DNA of 64,000 nucleotides, taken from IMG/VR virus record IMGVR_UViG_3300047319_000185, positions 32,001 through 96,000 of that record; one strand, written 5' to 3'. How positions within the stretch are numbered: position 1 is the stretch's first letter; each line of letters opens with the position of its first letter. Made by a program: the position numbers and the translations under genes. The notes beneath the pieces were generated by a model. That model searched no databases and was not told the DNA's origin. It saw only the letters and a list, made by a program, of their open reading frames with translations. The stretch comes from a virus. Shown here piece after piece: positions 1 to 10,342 of this stretch.

Positions 1-1467
1 AGGACGATCAGTAGTAACGAAATAGAAAGCCTTCCACACCTGGTTGTTAGTCCCTGGTGTCACTACTGTAGTAGAAGGACCATTAGGAGCAAGTGCTACG
101 TAGTAATATCCGTCTGCTCCAAGTACATAATTATTTATTACATAGTTAGCGGCATTGGAATAATTAGGTGTATTGATAGGAGAAATACTATAGATATCCA
201 CAAATCCAGCATTGAGATTAGTGGTCTGATTAAATGCTAACGCATTCCAGTTGTGGATAGTAGTATCCGTAGGGTGTGGTAAACCTGCTACTACACCAGT
301 AAGGGTAGCTGCGGCTCCGTTAGGAACAGCCTGCCATGTGGAGTAGAAAGAAGTCTCAGGATTTAGCAGGGTAGTTGTGTCAAGAACCTGTAGCTGAACC
401 TGCCACCATGTATTGCTTGTTCCCAGTCCTGTAGGAGCCTGAGCAGTACCTACAGATTGTACAAGGTTCTTGTAGTTGTATCCGCTGTACTGGATAAGCT
501 GGTTAGGGAAGTAAGTAGTATTCGCACTCCAGGTATCGTAATTTGGATGGACGAATGCGGACTGGTCCCCAGTATTCAGCAGATTTGTATTATAGGTAGA
601 CGTAGAATCCCAACCGGCTAGGTCGGCAATAAGATTGTGCAGGCTCTGAGCCTCACCCTTAAGCTGGTAGTTCACAGTAGCATTCTTGATACGTTGTCTG
701 CGCTGCTGAGGTGTGGACATGTAATCAGTATTGATACCTAGTTGCTGGCCCAGAATATCCAAGGATGTAGCAGAAACCCTGTCCGCATTATTAGAGTTCA
801 GATAAAGGTCATAACTGTTCTTTAGTGTACTGAGTCCGAATCCGAATACATTCAGATAGTTCTGTAGAGAAGGATTATCTACAGTAGTGTTTCCGAAAGT
901 GTCAGAGGAAGTAATCTTGTACGGCTGAGGAGTTCTGTTGTACAGCAGGGAACCGTATCCAGAATTCCCAAGAGAAAGAGTCGCTGCGTATCCTGCTGGA
1001 TACCATGTTGGTATGTATGTTGAAGGACTCCAGAAGGAACTACCAGCAGCAGGAGTATTACCAGTATTGACAGTTGTAAGGCTGCTCCAGTACAAACCGT
1101 TGTACAGTACCTGCTGATTGGTTACATAACCTGTACCCACATTCCAGGTAGGTGCCTCAATAGTAATGAACATGGCGTAGTAATAGATGGTACCCGTAGT
1201 AAGACCTGTATCATCATAGGATCTCACCATAGTCCCAGGAACAATTTCCTGTAGTAGCACACCATCATTTGCAGTAGAGGGATATCCATAAGTACTACGA
1301 ACTAGGTGAAGAAACTTCCAGGTGGTTGTATTAGGAGACTGCCACTGCAACTTGATCTCGTTGTAGTTGGACTGAGAAGCTGTAAAAGGAGTTACACTGT
1401 AATCCGCAGGCTGTGAATATCCGTAGAAGTCCTGCCCATAGATATCGACTCCATAGCCTTTGCTCAT
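1..1467 (-). CDS. Baseplate/tail protein (gpI-like) with FN3-like and two CBM5/12-like motifs; 3' end runs off the window
   Basis: Not in ORF track. ATG at 1467 after GGAG RBS; hand translation MSKGYGVDIYG...WNVGTGYVTNQQVLYNGLYW...LDILGQQLG...RRQRIKNATVNYQLKG...WSANTTYFPNQLIQYSGYNY. Confidence 0.75.
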   Translation of the reverse strand, partial: MSKGYGVDIYGQDFYGYSQPADYSVTPFTASQSNYNEIKLQWQSPNTTTWKFLHLVRSTYGYPSTANDGVLLQEIVPGTMVRSYDDTGLTTGTIYYYAMFITIEAPTWNVGTGYVTNQQVLYNGLYWSSLTTVNTGNTPAAGSSFWSPSTYIPTWYPAGYAATLSLGNSGYGSLLYNRTPQPYKITSSDTFGNTTVDNPSLQNYLNVFGFGLSTLKNSYDLYLNSNNADRVSATSLDILGQQLGINTDYMSTPQQRRQRIKNATVNYQLKGEAQSLHNLIADLAGWDSTSTYNTNLLNTGDQSAFVHPNYDTWSANTTYFPNQLIQYSGYNYKNLVQSVGTAQAPTGLGTSNTWWQVQLQVLDTTTLLNPETSFYSTWQAVPNGAAATLTGVVAGLPHPTDTTIHNWNALAFNQTTNLNAGFVDIYSISPINTPNYSNAANYVINNYVLGADGYYYVALAPNGPSTTVVTPGTNNQVWKAFYFVTTDRP

Positions 1468-1476
1468 GTGTGCTCC

Positions 1477-2181
1477 TTATATATTGTTCAGTGGAGATGT
1501 ACCAGCGTGGAAAGCTGTAGTAGGTGGATCTCTGTGGTAGGTAACAGCCATCATAGCTGTGGCAGTAATACCTGTTGTTAGTACATTCTGTACAGCTATC
1601 ATTTCAATAGTAGTACCTTGAGTCCAAGGCAGTGTAATAGAAGCTGACTGGTGATTAGATCTCTGCCATCCCTGAGGGAAGTATCTAAGATCGTCTACGT
1701 ATTCATATGTTCCACCAGCGGGTAGCGCTCTTATACCTAACCCACCTGCTCTGTTAAACGGTGTCTGCTGACTGTCGGCTGGTTGATTGTCTGCGTGCCA
1801 TCTTATGTAGATATCAAAAGTATATACACCTGATCGTGTACAGGTAAGAGTTGGTCCTCCACCCCACATATTATGGGTGTCCCAAGTCTTACTGGTCCAT
1901 TGGATAGGGACAGAGGTATTGTATCCCACGACGATATTATTGGCCCAGACATTGGCGTAAGGCTTTGACTTCCCTTGTCTTACAGACGTTATTCTTGAAG
2001 ATACAGTAGGCCAGGAAGCAAGCTGCCCATCGATAGTGTCCGTATTAGGAAGAACACCTAGTATATTCTGAGTAGCTGATATCTCATCATACGCCACATT
2101 TACGTCAGCAGCTTCTACTAGTTCTGTATAGTCCACACGGTTAGAGAACTTCTTTACTGCGTTAGGATAGATTGCTACCAT
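1477..2181 (-). CDS. Minor tail/baseplate-associated fibre protein
   Basis: Follows baseplate J; beta-rich C-terminus. Confidence 0.55.
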   Translation of the reverse strand: MVAIYPNAVKKFSNRVDYTELVEAADVNVAYDEISATQNILGVLPNTDTIDGQLASWPTVSSRITSVRQGKSKPYANVWANNIVVGYNTSVPIQWTSKTWDTHNMWGGGPTLTCTRSGVYTFDIYIRWHADNQPADSQQTPFNRAGGLGIRALPAGGTYEYVDDLRYFPQGWQRSNHQSASITLPWTQGTTIEMIAVQNVLTTGITATAMMAVTYHRDPPTTAFHAGTSPLNNI

Positions 2182-2190
2182 GGTTACTCC

Positions 2191-3717
2191 TTATGGTGTA
2201 GCAGTTACGGATACAACAATATTACCAACAGTTGGTAGCTCGAAACTTCTCATAAGGATATCCGCAGCACCTGACTGAACAGCATCTGATCGTACAAAGA
2301 GAGGAATATTTACGTACTGTACACCTGGAATATTGTACAGTGCTGAATAAGCAGAGCTAAGGGAGACTCTCCCTCCAAGAACTACATTACTAGGTGCGAA
2401 TAGATTCTGTATAGCCTGAGTAGCTGCTATCTGAATAGACGCAGGATTATATCTAGAACTACATCCTATCGTTATTGGAGTGCTGTTGGCTCCCACATTA
2501 ATAGGTACGAGAGTAGCGGAGTTTACAGTAACAGTAGTACCAGCAAGTGCATTGGCCTGTAGGAATGTTGTTGTCTGGTTTATAACAGACTGCGTGGGTA
2601 GCACGTTACCGACACCAGTTATATATACCGTGATATTAGTATAAGTATTAGCTACCGCATTAGCCTGAGAAACAGTCGCAAGACTCATAGCAAGATTGCC
2701 GTAGTCCGCAAGGGTTACGGCTCTTTGCTGTGTAGTGAAAGACTTAGGAGCATTGACTCTGATCTGGTCTATGCTCTCTGCGGCTGTTCCACCTGTTGTA
2801 CTTGTGGAGCTTATGATATTGACGCCAAGAATAGGAGAAGCAATATCAATAATGGAATTAGAAGTAAGATTGCCTATAGTTCCACCACCTACACGATAGT
2901 TTGCATATACCTGTAGACCTGCGGCAGGAATAGAACCATTGATATTATCGCCGAAGTTGACTGTAACAATTCCCTTGGCATCTACTGTCTCTGCCCATGC
3001 CAGATCATTGGACTTGGAGGACTGTAGTGAATTGACCTGGTTCCAGGCAAGAATAGGATCTACGTTGGTTACTCCAGGAAAGTTAGGATTCTGAATGTAT
3101 ACAGTTACCGATCCGCTGACTACAGGATTATTTGCCAGAGCAAAAGTCTGCAACTGGGAGCCATCAGAGGTTCCAAGTAGTTCTGTAGTGATAGCGAAAG
3201 GAGAAGCAGTACTATTTCCTATGGTGAATACAGCTTTTCCCTGTGTTACTCCCTGCACAACTGGAACAGCCACAGTTCCACCATTTGCAGGAACCGTAGC
3301 TGCTTGAGTAGTCTCAAAAACGATAGGACCATTGAGACTGCTGATGTAGTCGGTTGTTACCTGAGTAGCCAGTGGAATGGGAACTGCTGCTGAAGTAGTA
3401 GCAGTCTGAAAGGTAACTGTTCCTGTAGCTGCTTGTGGTTGGCCTGGTGTATATCCGAGAAGCTGTGCCAGTAGAAGAACAGAGGACAACTGAGTGGCTG
3501 TGCCTATATATGCTTCCCCTAGAATACGGTCACCATAGTAGGACAGTACGTCTAGTTCTCTGGACAGGGATTCCAGGAGCATGACTTCTAGACTTCCCGG
3601 ATTCTGGTTGGTCCATTCCGGAAAAGCTGTTGTAGCGAATGTCAGCATGGACTGTAGGAAACCTGTGTAGTCCTTACTGGTGTAGTCGATAGCGGGAACA
3701 CCATTAACCGTTGCCAT
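2191..3717 (-). CDS. Baseplate wedge protein (gpJ/T4 gp6-like)
   Basis: IDYTSKDY N-terminus, LAQLLGY, YRVGGG.GN, GG..AES and RAVT..DY motifs. Confidence 0.92.
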   Translation of the reverse strand: MATVNGVPAIDYTSKDYTGFLQSMLTFATTAFPEWTNQNPGSLEVMLLESLSRELDVLSYYGDRILGEAYIGTATQLSSVLLLAQLLGYTPGQPQAATGTVTFQTATTSAAVPIPLATQVTTDYISSLNGPIVFETTQAATVPANGGTVAVPVVQGVTQGKAVFTIGNSTASPFAITTELLGTSDGSQLQTFALANNPVVSGSVTVYIQNPNFPGVTNVDPILAWNQVNSLQSSKSNDLAWAETVDAKGIVTVNFGDNINGSIPAAGLQVYANYRVGGGTIGNLTSNSIIDIASPILGVNIISSTSTTGGTAAESIDQIRVNAPKSFTTQQRAVTLADYGNLAMSLATVSQANAVANTYTNITVYITGVGNVLPTQSVINQTTTFLQANALAGTTVTVNSATLVPINVGANSTPITIGCSSRYNPASIQIAATQAIQNLFAPSNVVLGGRVSLSSAYSALYNIPGVQYVNIPLFVRSDAVQSGAADILMRSFELPTVGNIVVSVTATP

Positions 3718-3732
3718 TAATATCTCTTCTCC

Positions 3733-4152
3733 TTAACCGTTACCTGCTAGAGTAACGTCCTTGACGGTTCCACCAACTTCAACAGTAACCATGTTGGCAG
3801 CCGTAGAAGCTGCTGAACCCTGAAGCAATGGAGAATAGTTTACATTGACTGCTGCCACACCATCATTCGCATTACCTGTAACAGGCTGAACAGACAGAAC
3901 CTTTAGACCAGGTTCATACAGGTTCAACTGCTGCGTTACAAGAGCGGATAGTTCTGTGGCAATAAAAGCATTATTGGGATCGAATAGAAGCTTTGACAAA
4001 GGCAATCCCATTTGGGCACGCATAGCTCGCTGGCCAACTTCAGTAGAAATAATAGCATCTACTCTCTGCTGAACTTGTGCACTGTTATCAGTCTGTATAG
4101 ACACGGCACCATTCTGAAGAACAGTGAACGGAATTGAAATTTGTGAACCCAT
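3733..4152 (-). CDS. Baseplate wedge subunit (gp25/gpW family)
   Basis: ISIPF...T..GQR.MR...G...LLFDP...YEP motif. Confidence 0.9.
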   Translation of the reverse strand: MGSQISIPFTVLQNGAVSIQTDNSAQVQQRVDAIISTEVGQRAMRAQMGLPLSKLLFDPNNAFIATELSALVTQQLNLYEPGLKVLSVQPVTGNANDGVAAVNVNYSPLLQGSAASTAANMVTVEVGGTVKDVTLAGNG

Positions 4153-4166
4153 ATTATTATCCCATA

Positions 4167-4820
4167 CTAAGAAAGGTTACCCAAAGGAACTATGCACTCG
4201 TCTACCCAGTACTCATTATTTATAGCTATGCCGCCACCCATCAGCGTAGTGACACTAACGACACCAGCAGAAGTTATCTGTAGACCGAAGGACGTTACTG
4301 TGGCAGCATTATTTCTCTTGGTGTCGGCCCAATAAGTAGCTGAAGGACGGTATCCAACAGGTAGTGTGAATACAGCAGCAGAAGGTAATGTTCCTCCGGC
4401 CATAAAGCATCCACCAATTACCAGGTTGTCTTCAATATCTAATCTGAATCTCAAGCTCTGATTACCAGTGGTTGTATTGAAGGTAGTAGAAGTCAGCCAG
4501 TTTGGATTGTAGGAAGGAGTCTGCCAAGAAGCGTTGGCTTTTATGAGAGGACTGTTTACCTGTAGAACTCCAGTAGCTCCTAAGTACACATAGGAAGAAT
4601 TGGTTACATAGAAAGGCTTGGTAACATCTCCTCCGTTGAAGCCAATCCATACTACTGTATTAACATTAGGTACAGGCATCCGTGGGTTTATAGGTTCCGC
4701 TGATCTGATCTCCGCTGAACCCGCGACCTGAGGACACTGGACACGTATCTTGCCTGTATTCGTGCTGTCTGTATTGGAAGTAACGACAGCTCTGTACAGC
4801 GCATCTAGACTAGGTTGCAT
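4167..4820 (-). CDS. Baseplate spike (gpV/gp5 OB-fold) with fibre-head-like C-terminus
   Basis: YRAVV..N.D....GKIRVQCP...P.V...VWIGF.GGD...P; C-terminal FTLP.GYRP. Confidence 0.85.
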   Translation of the reverse strand: MQPSLDALYRAVVTSNTDSTNTGKIRVQCPQVAGSAEIRSAEPINPRMPVPNVNTVVWIGFNGGDVTKPFYVTNSSYVYLGATGVLQVNSPLIKANASWQTPSYNPNWLTSTTFNTTTGNQSLRFRLDIEDNLVIGGCFMAGGTLPSAAVFTLPVGYRPSATYWADTKRNNAATVTSFGLQITSAGVVSVTTLMGGGIAINNEYWVDECIVPLGNLS

Positions 4821-6039
4821 AGATAGACGCTCCTAAGTTAGATGACTTCCAAGTTCCGCCTACCAAGACTGATGGGACAGACTGTGATGTTGCAGCCGTC
4901 TGCGCAATGTTGGTAGTCACTGCTGTGTGTATCTGGTCTCTCTCTAATTGTGTACTCATCATATATGTAGAAGTGACATGACTTCCATTAGGAGAAGGTA
5001 GTTCCAGTGTATGCGTAACACCATGTACCAACCATAGACCCTCTTCATCACTTGGAAGAGAATTACCTATAAGATTTACCAGAGTATTCGGCTTGACATG
5101 AGAGTCTCCCCACAGATCACTGTCCGCAGTATTCCAGTAAAGATTGTTATTGGCATCTGCTGCTGCCTTCTGTGCAGCCTCATAGTAGGACTCAGCAGGA
5201 GCTGTGGTGTAGTACTTAGTTATTGTAGGTACGTTCAGAACGCCACCAGAAGCATTAGTAACGTTGGCTGTAGAAGTAGCCTGTACCAGATTTGCGGTAT
5301 TAGGATTAAGTCCTATAACATTTCTATTGGCTACGATACCTCCATCAGGAGTTATAGTTCCTACAATAGGTTCGAAGGATCTAATAGTATCCCAGATTCC
5401 TGGTGTATTGTATGACCAGAATTGTGGAATGTTTCTTATATTACTTCTATCCAATATCAATTGAGGATTAACAAAGTACAGATCAGTATTGTCTATATAG
5501 AATCTATAACCTATCTCGTCTGCCAACTGGCTTAGGAACTTGAAGTCACTAGTATTCTGTAGACGGTACTGAATAGCTGATGGATAGCTGTGGACAACAG
5601 AGCGGAAACCATTCTGTGTGGCTATAGTTGCTGCGATTGTAGAAGGACTAGTATGCTTCCACGCCACATTCTTGGTAGTCTGCATGACCTGAGAGGTACC
5701 TGTAATGGTGTACTGTACTGTTGTAGTTGTAAGACCATTGTAACCAGGATCGGCACCAGAACGTAGAAGCTTATACGATGCCACATATCCTAGGAATGGA
5801 TATACGAAGTAAGGCTTCATTCCATAGTTGATAGTTACAGGTGTCTGCTCAGGTATATACTGCCAGCTATTTTTCTTATTCTGCGCGACATTCTTTCCTA
5901 CATAAACAACATTGAGTAAAGCAATAGTGTGTGAATTAGTATTCTGAAGGATCTGTACACAAGGAGTGTACTGAGGAACTCTCTGGTTCCCGTTGATAAG
6001 AACTTCAAAGTATGGAACTGATGGAGAAGGATTAAGCAT
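4810..6039 (-). CDS. Baseplate hub protein (gpD/gp27, VgrG-like)
   Basis: Q..SDFKFL..LA..IGY, G.W.V..VTH; synteny; likely start ATG 6039. Confidence 0.85.
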   Translation of the reverse strand: MLNPSPSVPYFEVLINGNQRVPQYTPCVQILQNTNSHTIALLNVVYVGKNVAQNKKNSWQYIPEQTPVTINYGMKPYFVYPFLGYVASYKLLRSGADPGYNGLTTTTVQYTITGTSQVMQTTKNVAWKHTSPSTIAATIATQNGFRSVVHSYPSAIQYRLQNTSDFKFLSQLADEIGYRFYIDNTDLYFVNPQLILDRSNIRNIPQFWSYNTPGIWDTIRSFEPIVGTITPDGGIVANRNVIGLNPNTANLVQATSTANVTNASGGVLNVPTITKYYTTAPAESYYEAAQKAAADANNNLYWNTADSDLWGDSHVKPNTLVNLIGNSLPSDEEGLWLVHGVTHTLELPSPNGSHVTSTYMMSTQLERDQIHTAVTTNIAQTAATSQSVPSVLVGGTWKSSNLGASIYAT

Positions 6040-6313
6040 TAGGCACTCTGATCTGTGTACCAGCAGGCACACTGTCCCAGAACAGGATCTCAGGATTCAC
6101 GTTAGCTATTCTCCACCACTGGGTCTCATCACCATATGCAGAGAAAGAAAGGTAGTCTATCTGGTCACCATCACTCCACACATGCACTGCGATGTTGTAT
6201 GTCAGTGGCTGCGTGGGAGGAGTAATAATTATAGTAGGTCTGGAAACATTATTCCTATCAGCAATAGGAATAACAGTATTGTCTGCGTAACGACTGAAGA
6301 CACTGATTGTCAT
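6032..6313 (-). CDS. LysM-like tail protein (gpX-like)
   Basis: GD.ID.L...YGD...WW.IA..NP...G..IRVP. Confidence 0.88.
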   Translation of the reverse strand: MTISVFSRYADNTVIPIADRNNVSRPTIIITPPTQPLTYNIAVHVWSDGDQIDYLSFSAYGDETQWWRIANVNPEILFWDSVPAGTQIRVPNA

Positions 6314-6321
6314 AGTTACTC

Positions 6322-7104
6322 CTATCCCGCGATGTTGTAGTTATTGGATGATGTAGGCAGAACTGTAAAGGTTACATCCACTTCAGCTCTTACAGGAACC
6401 ATGGCAGCACTGAAATGGCTCCATGTGATATCCATACCGGATATAAATCCGTAGAAGGATAGAGCGCCTGGACTATTAGCCCCGAAGTAAAGGTTACAAG
6501 GAGATACGATCATTGGTCCTTGAATGGTTACGTTGGTTTTCTGGGTACCATTGCTACCCTGCTGAGGATTTACTACACTCTGTGTAGCTGCCACAGAGGT
6601 ATTAATACCTACCAGATTGTACAGAGATTCTATATCTGCTCTTGCTCCATAAGTACCCGCAATAGTTCCTGTATAACTACTATCCCACAACTCAAAGGTT
6701 CTATCAAAGAGTAGGGCAAAAGAAATAGTAGTAGAAAGACCAGTAGCATACTGACCTGTGTCACTCTGATTTCTAGCACTGGCCGGAAGAATACCAGAGT
6801 TCATATCAATAGCTCTGGACTCATAGATAGTAGCAGGATTATAAAGGAAGTTCACTATATAACTTACGTTAGTAGGAACTCCATAATAGGCTCCTGCTCC
6901 ACCTACAAGCTTTCCTCTTTGCAGATTTCCACCAGAGTTATATCCGAAACCATTGTTCAGTCTTGGATTGGTGGCAGAATTTCCACCACCCACATTAAGA
7001 ATGCTGGGATGGAAGGGTGGATTGGAAACCACATTGGAACCTGGCTTACCACTTAGTGTCGGATACAGATTACCGGAGATCGGCTCATCAACTGTGCTTG
7101 GCAT
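6322..7104 (-). CDS. Tail tube initiator / CIS-type tube-like protein
   Basis: F.YNP..I, LLFDR, F...MVP.RA.V.VTF; follows tape measure. Confidence 0.75.
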   Translation of the reverse strand: MPSTVDEPISGNLYPTLSGKPGSNVVSNPPFHPSILNVGGGNSATNPRLNNGFGYNSGGNLQRGKLVGGAGAYYGVPTNVSYIVNFLYNPATIYESRAIDMNSGILPASARNQSDTGQYATGLSTTISFALLFDRTFELWDSSYTGTIAGTYGARADIESLYNLVGINTSVAATQSVVNPQQGSNGTQKTNVTIQGPMIVSPCNLYFGANSPGALSFYGFISGMDITWSHFSAAMVPVRAEVDVTFTVLPTSSNNYNIAG

Positions 7105-10067
7105 TACTGTCCAATCTGTAGGGTAGAGATACGAAGCTGCTCAGCAACAGCCTTGGTAACAGCCTTGCCGATATCCTGGGCGTCCTGGTAGGAACCAGTG
7201 AATGTACTTGGTAGGTTAACAGTAACACCACCAAGATGTATGGTTGCTCCTGAACCTGCCGCATTCTTCTTTACATTAGGATTGTTGGTGCTGTTTATAA
7301 GAGTTTGACGAATGGTCTCAGCCTGCTGTGCAGGAATAATCATCTCGCCCTTGTGAACAGTTGCTCCCTGATCCTTGTCAATATTCCACGCACCAGCCGC
7401 ATACCAGTTGTTCTTCTGGTGGAATGCCCATGCTGAATCAGGAGAACCGTAACGTCCCTTGATATAGTCCATCATCCAAGAGAGCTGAGTATCTCCGTTG
7501 GTCTTCCAGTCTGATCCTGCACTAGCCATCTTGGATGCTGGTAGAGACTGCGGAAGACCATAAGCACCTGATGAAGGATTGGTTGCGTGTATGTCCCAAC
7601 CTGCTTCAGACATTTCAAGAGCATTGAATGATCCCCACTGACCTCCCCAACCATACTTGGCAAGCAGAGCCTTGGCATAGGACTGTAGCGCGGACTTGCT
7701 GTTGTTCCCATTAGCCACTGGAGTAGAGCCTGTAGGAGATCCGGCAGAGCTGACACCTGATGCTGTAGTAGAAGATGCTTGAGAAGTTACTGGTGATCCG
7801 CCAATTCCAGACAAGGCTGCTGCAACAATATCTGCTTCACTGGTTCCGCCAATTCCCAGGTCTCCACCGCTTCTACTCTGTGAAGTGCTCAGCGTACTGG
7901 AACTAGCAGAGGTACCTGTAGTAGATCCACTGTTGCCTACAGATCCTACAATTCTTCCCGCATTATCGAATTCACCAGGATTAAGGGAACGAATACGAAC
8001 CTTGGCACCAGGATGAGGAGCTTCAATGATCTGTCCGCCACCAATGGACATAACAACATGGTGAGCTGGGTTACCGACGAATAGAAGGTCACCAGCTTGA
8101 GTCTTGTTCTTGTCCACTGCCTTTGCAGACTTCTGCTGATCAGCAGCAACACGTGGAATCTTTACACCAGCTTGTGAGTATGCCCACTGAGTTAGACCAG
8201 AACAGTCCATGGCCTTTCCTGGTGTTTCTCCTCCCCAGACATACGGAACACCTAACTGAGTCTCGGCGGCTCGGATAACAGATGAAGCATTGGCTCCAGA
8301 ACCTGAGGAAGAACCATTACCTACAGAAGTTCCACTAAGAGTATTACTAGACGCCTGACCATATCCACCAGGAGCAGTTGGAGGTGTATATCCTCCACCC
8401 AGCATTTGAAGATACTTGGGATCAACATTTGCACCAGGATGCGCAGCAAACCATTCCTTGGCCTTCGCAGCTCTCACGCTCTGGCTCTTGCCCATGTAAT
8501 TGAACATGGCACTTTCAAAAGATGAAGTGTCTGCACCACCCCTATTGGTTCTACTGTTTATAGTATTCTGCGTAGTCTGTCCCGCAAGAGCAGCAGCACC
8601 TAGGGCACCTGCACCAGGAAGCATTCTTGCTAGCAGTCCTGTACTTGCTGCACCACCTGCGACAGTAGTTACGTTGTAAACGCCATTGGCACCCATAGCC
8701 CCTAAACCACTTGTTGCGCCTCTACCAAACAAACTCCCTAGGAGCCCGCCTGAGCCTCCCAAAAGTCTAGAGACACCTAATAGACCTGCGCCTGCTCCAA
8801 AGGCCCCAGAGAAGCCTCCTAGGGCGTTAGAGACAGGACTGGCAGCTCCCGCTCCGATACCTAGAAGCTTGTCCATCCCAGTTGCCTTAATCATGGCTGT
8901 CATAGCCTGACTGAACTGGTTGATTACATTAGTAGTCTTGGTGAAAGCAGATGCCATTGTCTCGTTGACATCTTCCTGACGAGTCATCTGTGTTGAGCTG
9001 AGATTACGCTGTGCCTCAAATGCTGAGGTTCCGATACCTACACTCTTCAGTCTGGAGATAGCATTCTTATTTCCACCAGCGGCCTGCTGTGTAAGAGTGG
9101 AGTATTGGGCAGAAGAGATTCCCTTGTTCTGTGCTGTTACCTGTCCCTGTAGATAGTTCTGGTATTCCTGAATAGTATTCTGGTTCCAGCCCATCTGAGC
9201 ACCCCAGGACTGCATGTTCACATTAAGTGATCCACCCTGTTGGATAGCAGCATTGAACTGTGCAGCAGTAAGCTTCTGATTACCGAAGGTTCTCTGCATC
9301 ATTCCCTGTGCAATAGAACTCATGGAAGCATTGCGTCCTAGACTTCCCAGTCCGTAAGCCTGTCCCATGATTCTGGAACGAGCTGAGAATGTTTGCTGAG
9401 CTGCTGTAGCAGAAGTTGCGGCACCCATAGTAGGACTCAGGTATCCGAAAGCATTAGCCTGTCGGCTACCGTTTACAAAGGCAGGATTAGACTGACCATT
9501 AAATACAGCATTACCGAAGGTGTACTGATTTATGTATGCAGCCTGAGCAGCATCAGTAGTATTAAGAGCGGCATAGTTATTAGCGAATGCACTACGCATG
9601 GCCACGTTGTTGCCTGTAGTTCCGCCACCAGCAAGAGCAGACTGTGAACCATAGAAGTTCATCTGCATCATGTTGGACATGTTCTTGTTGCCGTACTGGG
9701 TCAAGGCAGAAGCCACACCCATTGCAGCACCGACACCAGCAGACAGACGAGACCCAGCACCTAGTGCGCCAAATCCTCCGCCACCTCCATTGGATCTAGT
9801 TCCACCCTGGCGACCGGCACCACCAAAGGAGCCACCACCTCCATTAGAGCTGTAGCGATTACTATTGGAACCTGCATTCCACCCTGATGCGGATGAGGAA
9901 GTGCCTGTAGAGCGCTTGGTAGAACCAGTCAACCCATCAATACTGCTGACTAGCTTCCCTACATCCGCGCTCATTTTATTAACTTGTGTCGTTAACGAAT
10001 CAACCGCCTGCTGAAGACCATTGGTCCCCAACAAGCGGCTGGCTCCGATATTGTTTTCCTCAGCCAC
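7104..10067 (-). CDS. Tape measure protein with NlpC/P60 peptidase and lytic transglycosylase domains
   Basis: Gly/Ala-rich helical N-terminus; LGVPYVWGG...DCSGL...HHV; EAGW...A.NPSSGAYGLPQ...YIKGRYGSP..AW. Confidence 0.92.
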   Translation of the reverse strand: MAEENNIGASRLLGTNGLQQAVDSLTTQVNKMSADVGKLVSSIDGLTGSTKRSTGTSSSASGWNAGSNSNRYSSNGGGGSFGGAGRQGGTRSNGGGGGFGALGAGSRLSAGVGAAMGVASALTQYGNKNMSNMMQMNFYGSQSALAGGGTTGNNVAMRSAFANNYAALNTTDAAQAAYINQYTFGNAVFNGQSNPAFVNGSRQANAFGYLSPTMGAATSATAAQQTFSARSRIMGQAYGLGSLGRNASMSSIAQGMMQRTFGNQKLTAAQFNAAIQQGGSLNVNMQSWGAQMGWNQNTIQEYQNYLQGQVTAQNKGISSAQYSTLTQQAAGGNKNAISRLKSVGIGTSAFEAQRNLSSTQMTRQEDVNETMASAFTKTTNVINQFSQAMTAMIKATGMDKLLGIGAGAASPVSNALGGFSGAFGAGAGLLGVSRLLGGSGGLLGSLFGRGATSGLGAMGANGVYNVTTVAGGAASTGLLARMLPGAGALGAAALAGQTTQNTINSRTNRGGADTSSFESAMFNYMGKSQSVRAAKAKEWFAAHPGANVDPKYLQMLGGGYTPPTAPGGYGQASSNTLSGTSVGNGSSSGSGANASSVIRAAETQLGVPYVWGGETPGKAMDCSGLTQWAYSQAGVKIPRVAADQQKSAKAVDKNKTQAGDLLFVGNPAHHVVMSIGGGQIIEAPHPGAKVRIRSLNPGEFDNAGRIVGSVGNSGSTTGTSASSSTLSTSQSRSGGDLGIGGTSEADIVAAALSGIGGSPVTSQASSTTASGVSSAGSPTGSTPVANGNNSKSALQSYAKALLAKYGWGGQWGSFNALEMSEAGWDIHATNPSSGAYGLPQSLPASKMASAGSDWKTNGDTQLSWMMDYIKGRYGSPDSAWAFHQKNNWYAAGAWNIDKDQGATVHKGEMIIPAQQAETIRQTLINSTNNPNVKKNAAGSGATIHLGGVTVNLPSTFTGSYQDAQDIGKAVTKAVAEQLRISTLQIGQ

Positions 10068-10101
10068 TTAGGTCTCCTAGGGTAAGTCGTTACTCTCAAT
10101 T

Positions 10102-10342
10102 TTACCTCATGGGTACTCCACCGAAAGTAGCCCCAGCTCCTACAGGTCTAGTAATGACTTGAGTAGAGTTATTAGCTTGATGCATCTGTTCGTACTGCTG
10201 CTCTAGCTTGTAAAGGTAGCGCTTTACCCAGTGCTTGCGTTCCCTGTATGTTAGCTTGCGTGAATCGAAAATAGACCAGTTGAATCCCTCTTGGAGTTGT
10301 TCGTATTCCTTGTAGAGGGATTCGTAATTAGAGTTCCCGAAA
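10102..10342 (-). CDS. Tail-assembly chaperone C-terminal extension (probable +1 frameshift product)
   Basis: Overlaps upstream gene in the +1 frame, no obvious RBS; W.....RKL...ER..W motif. Confidence 0.65.
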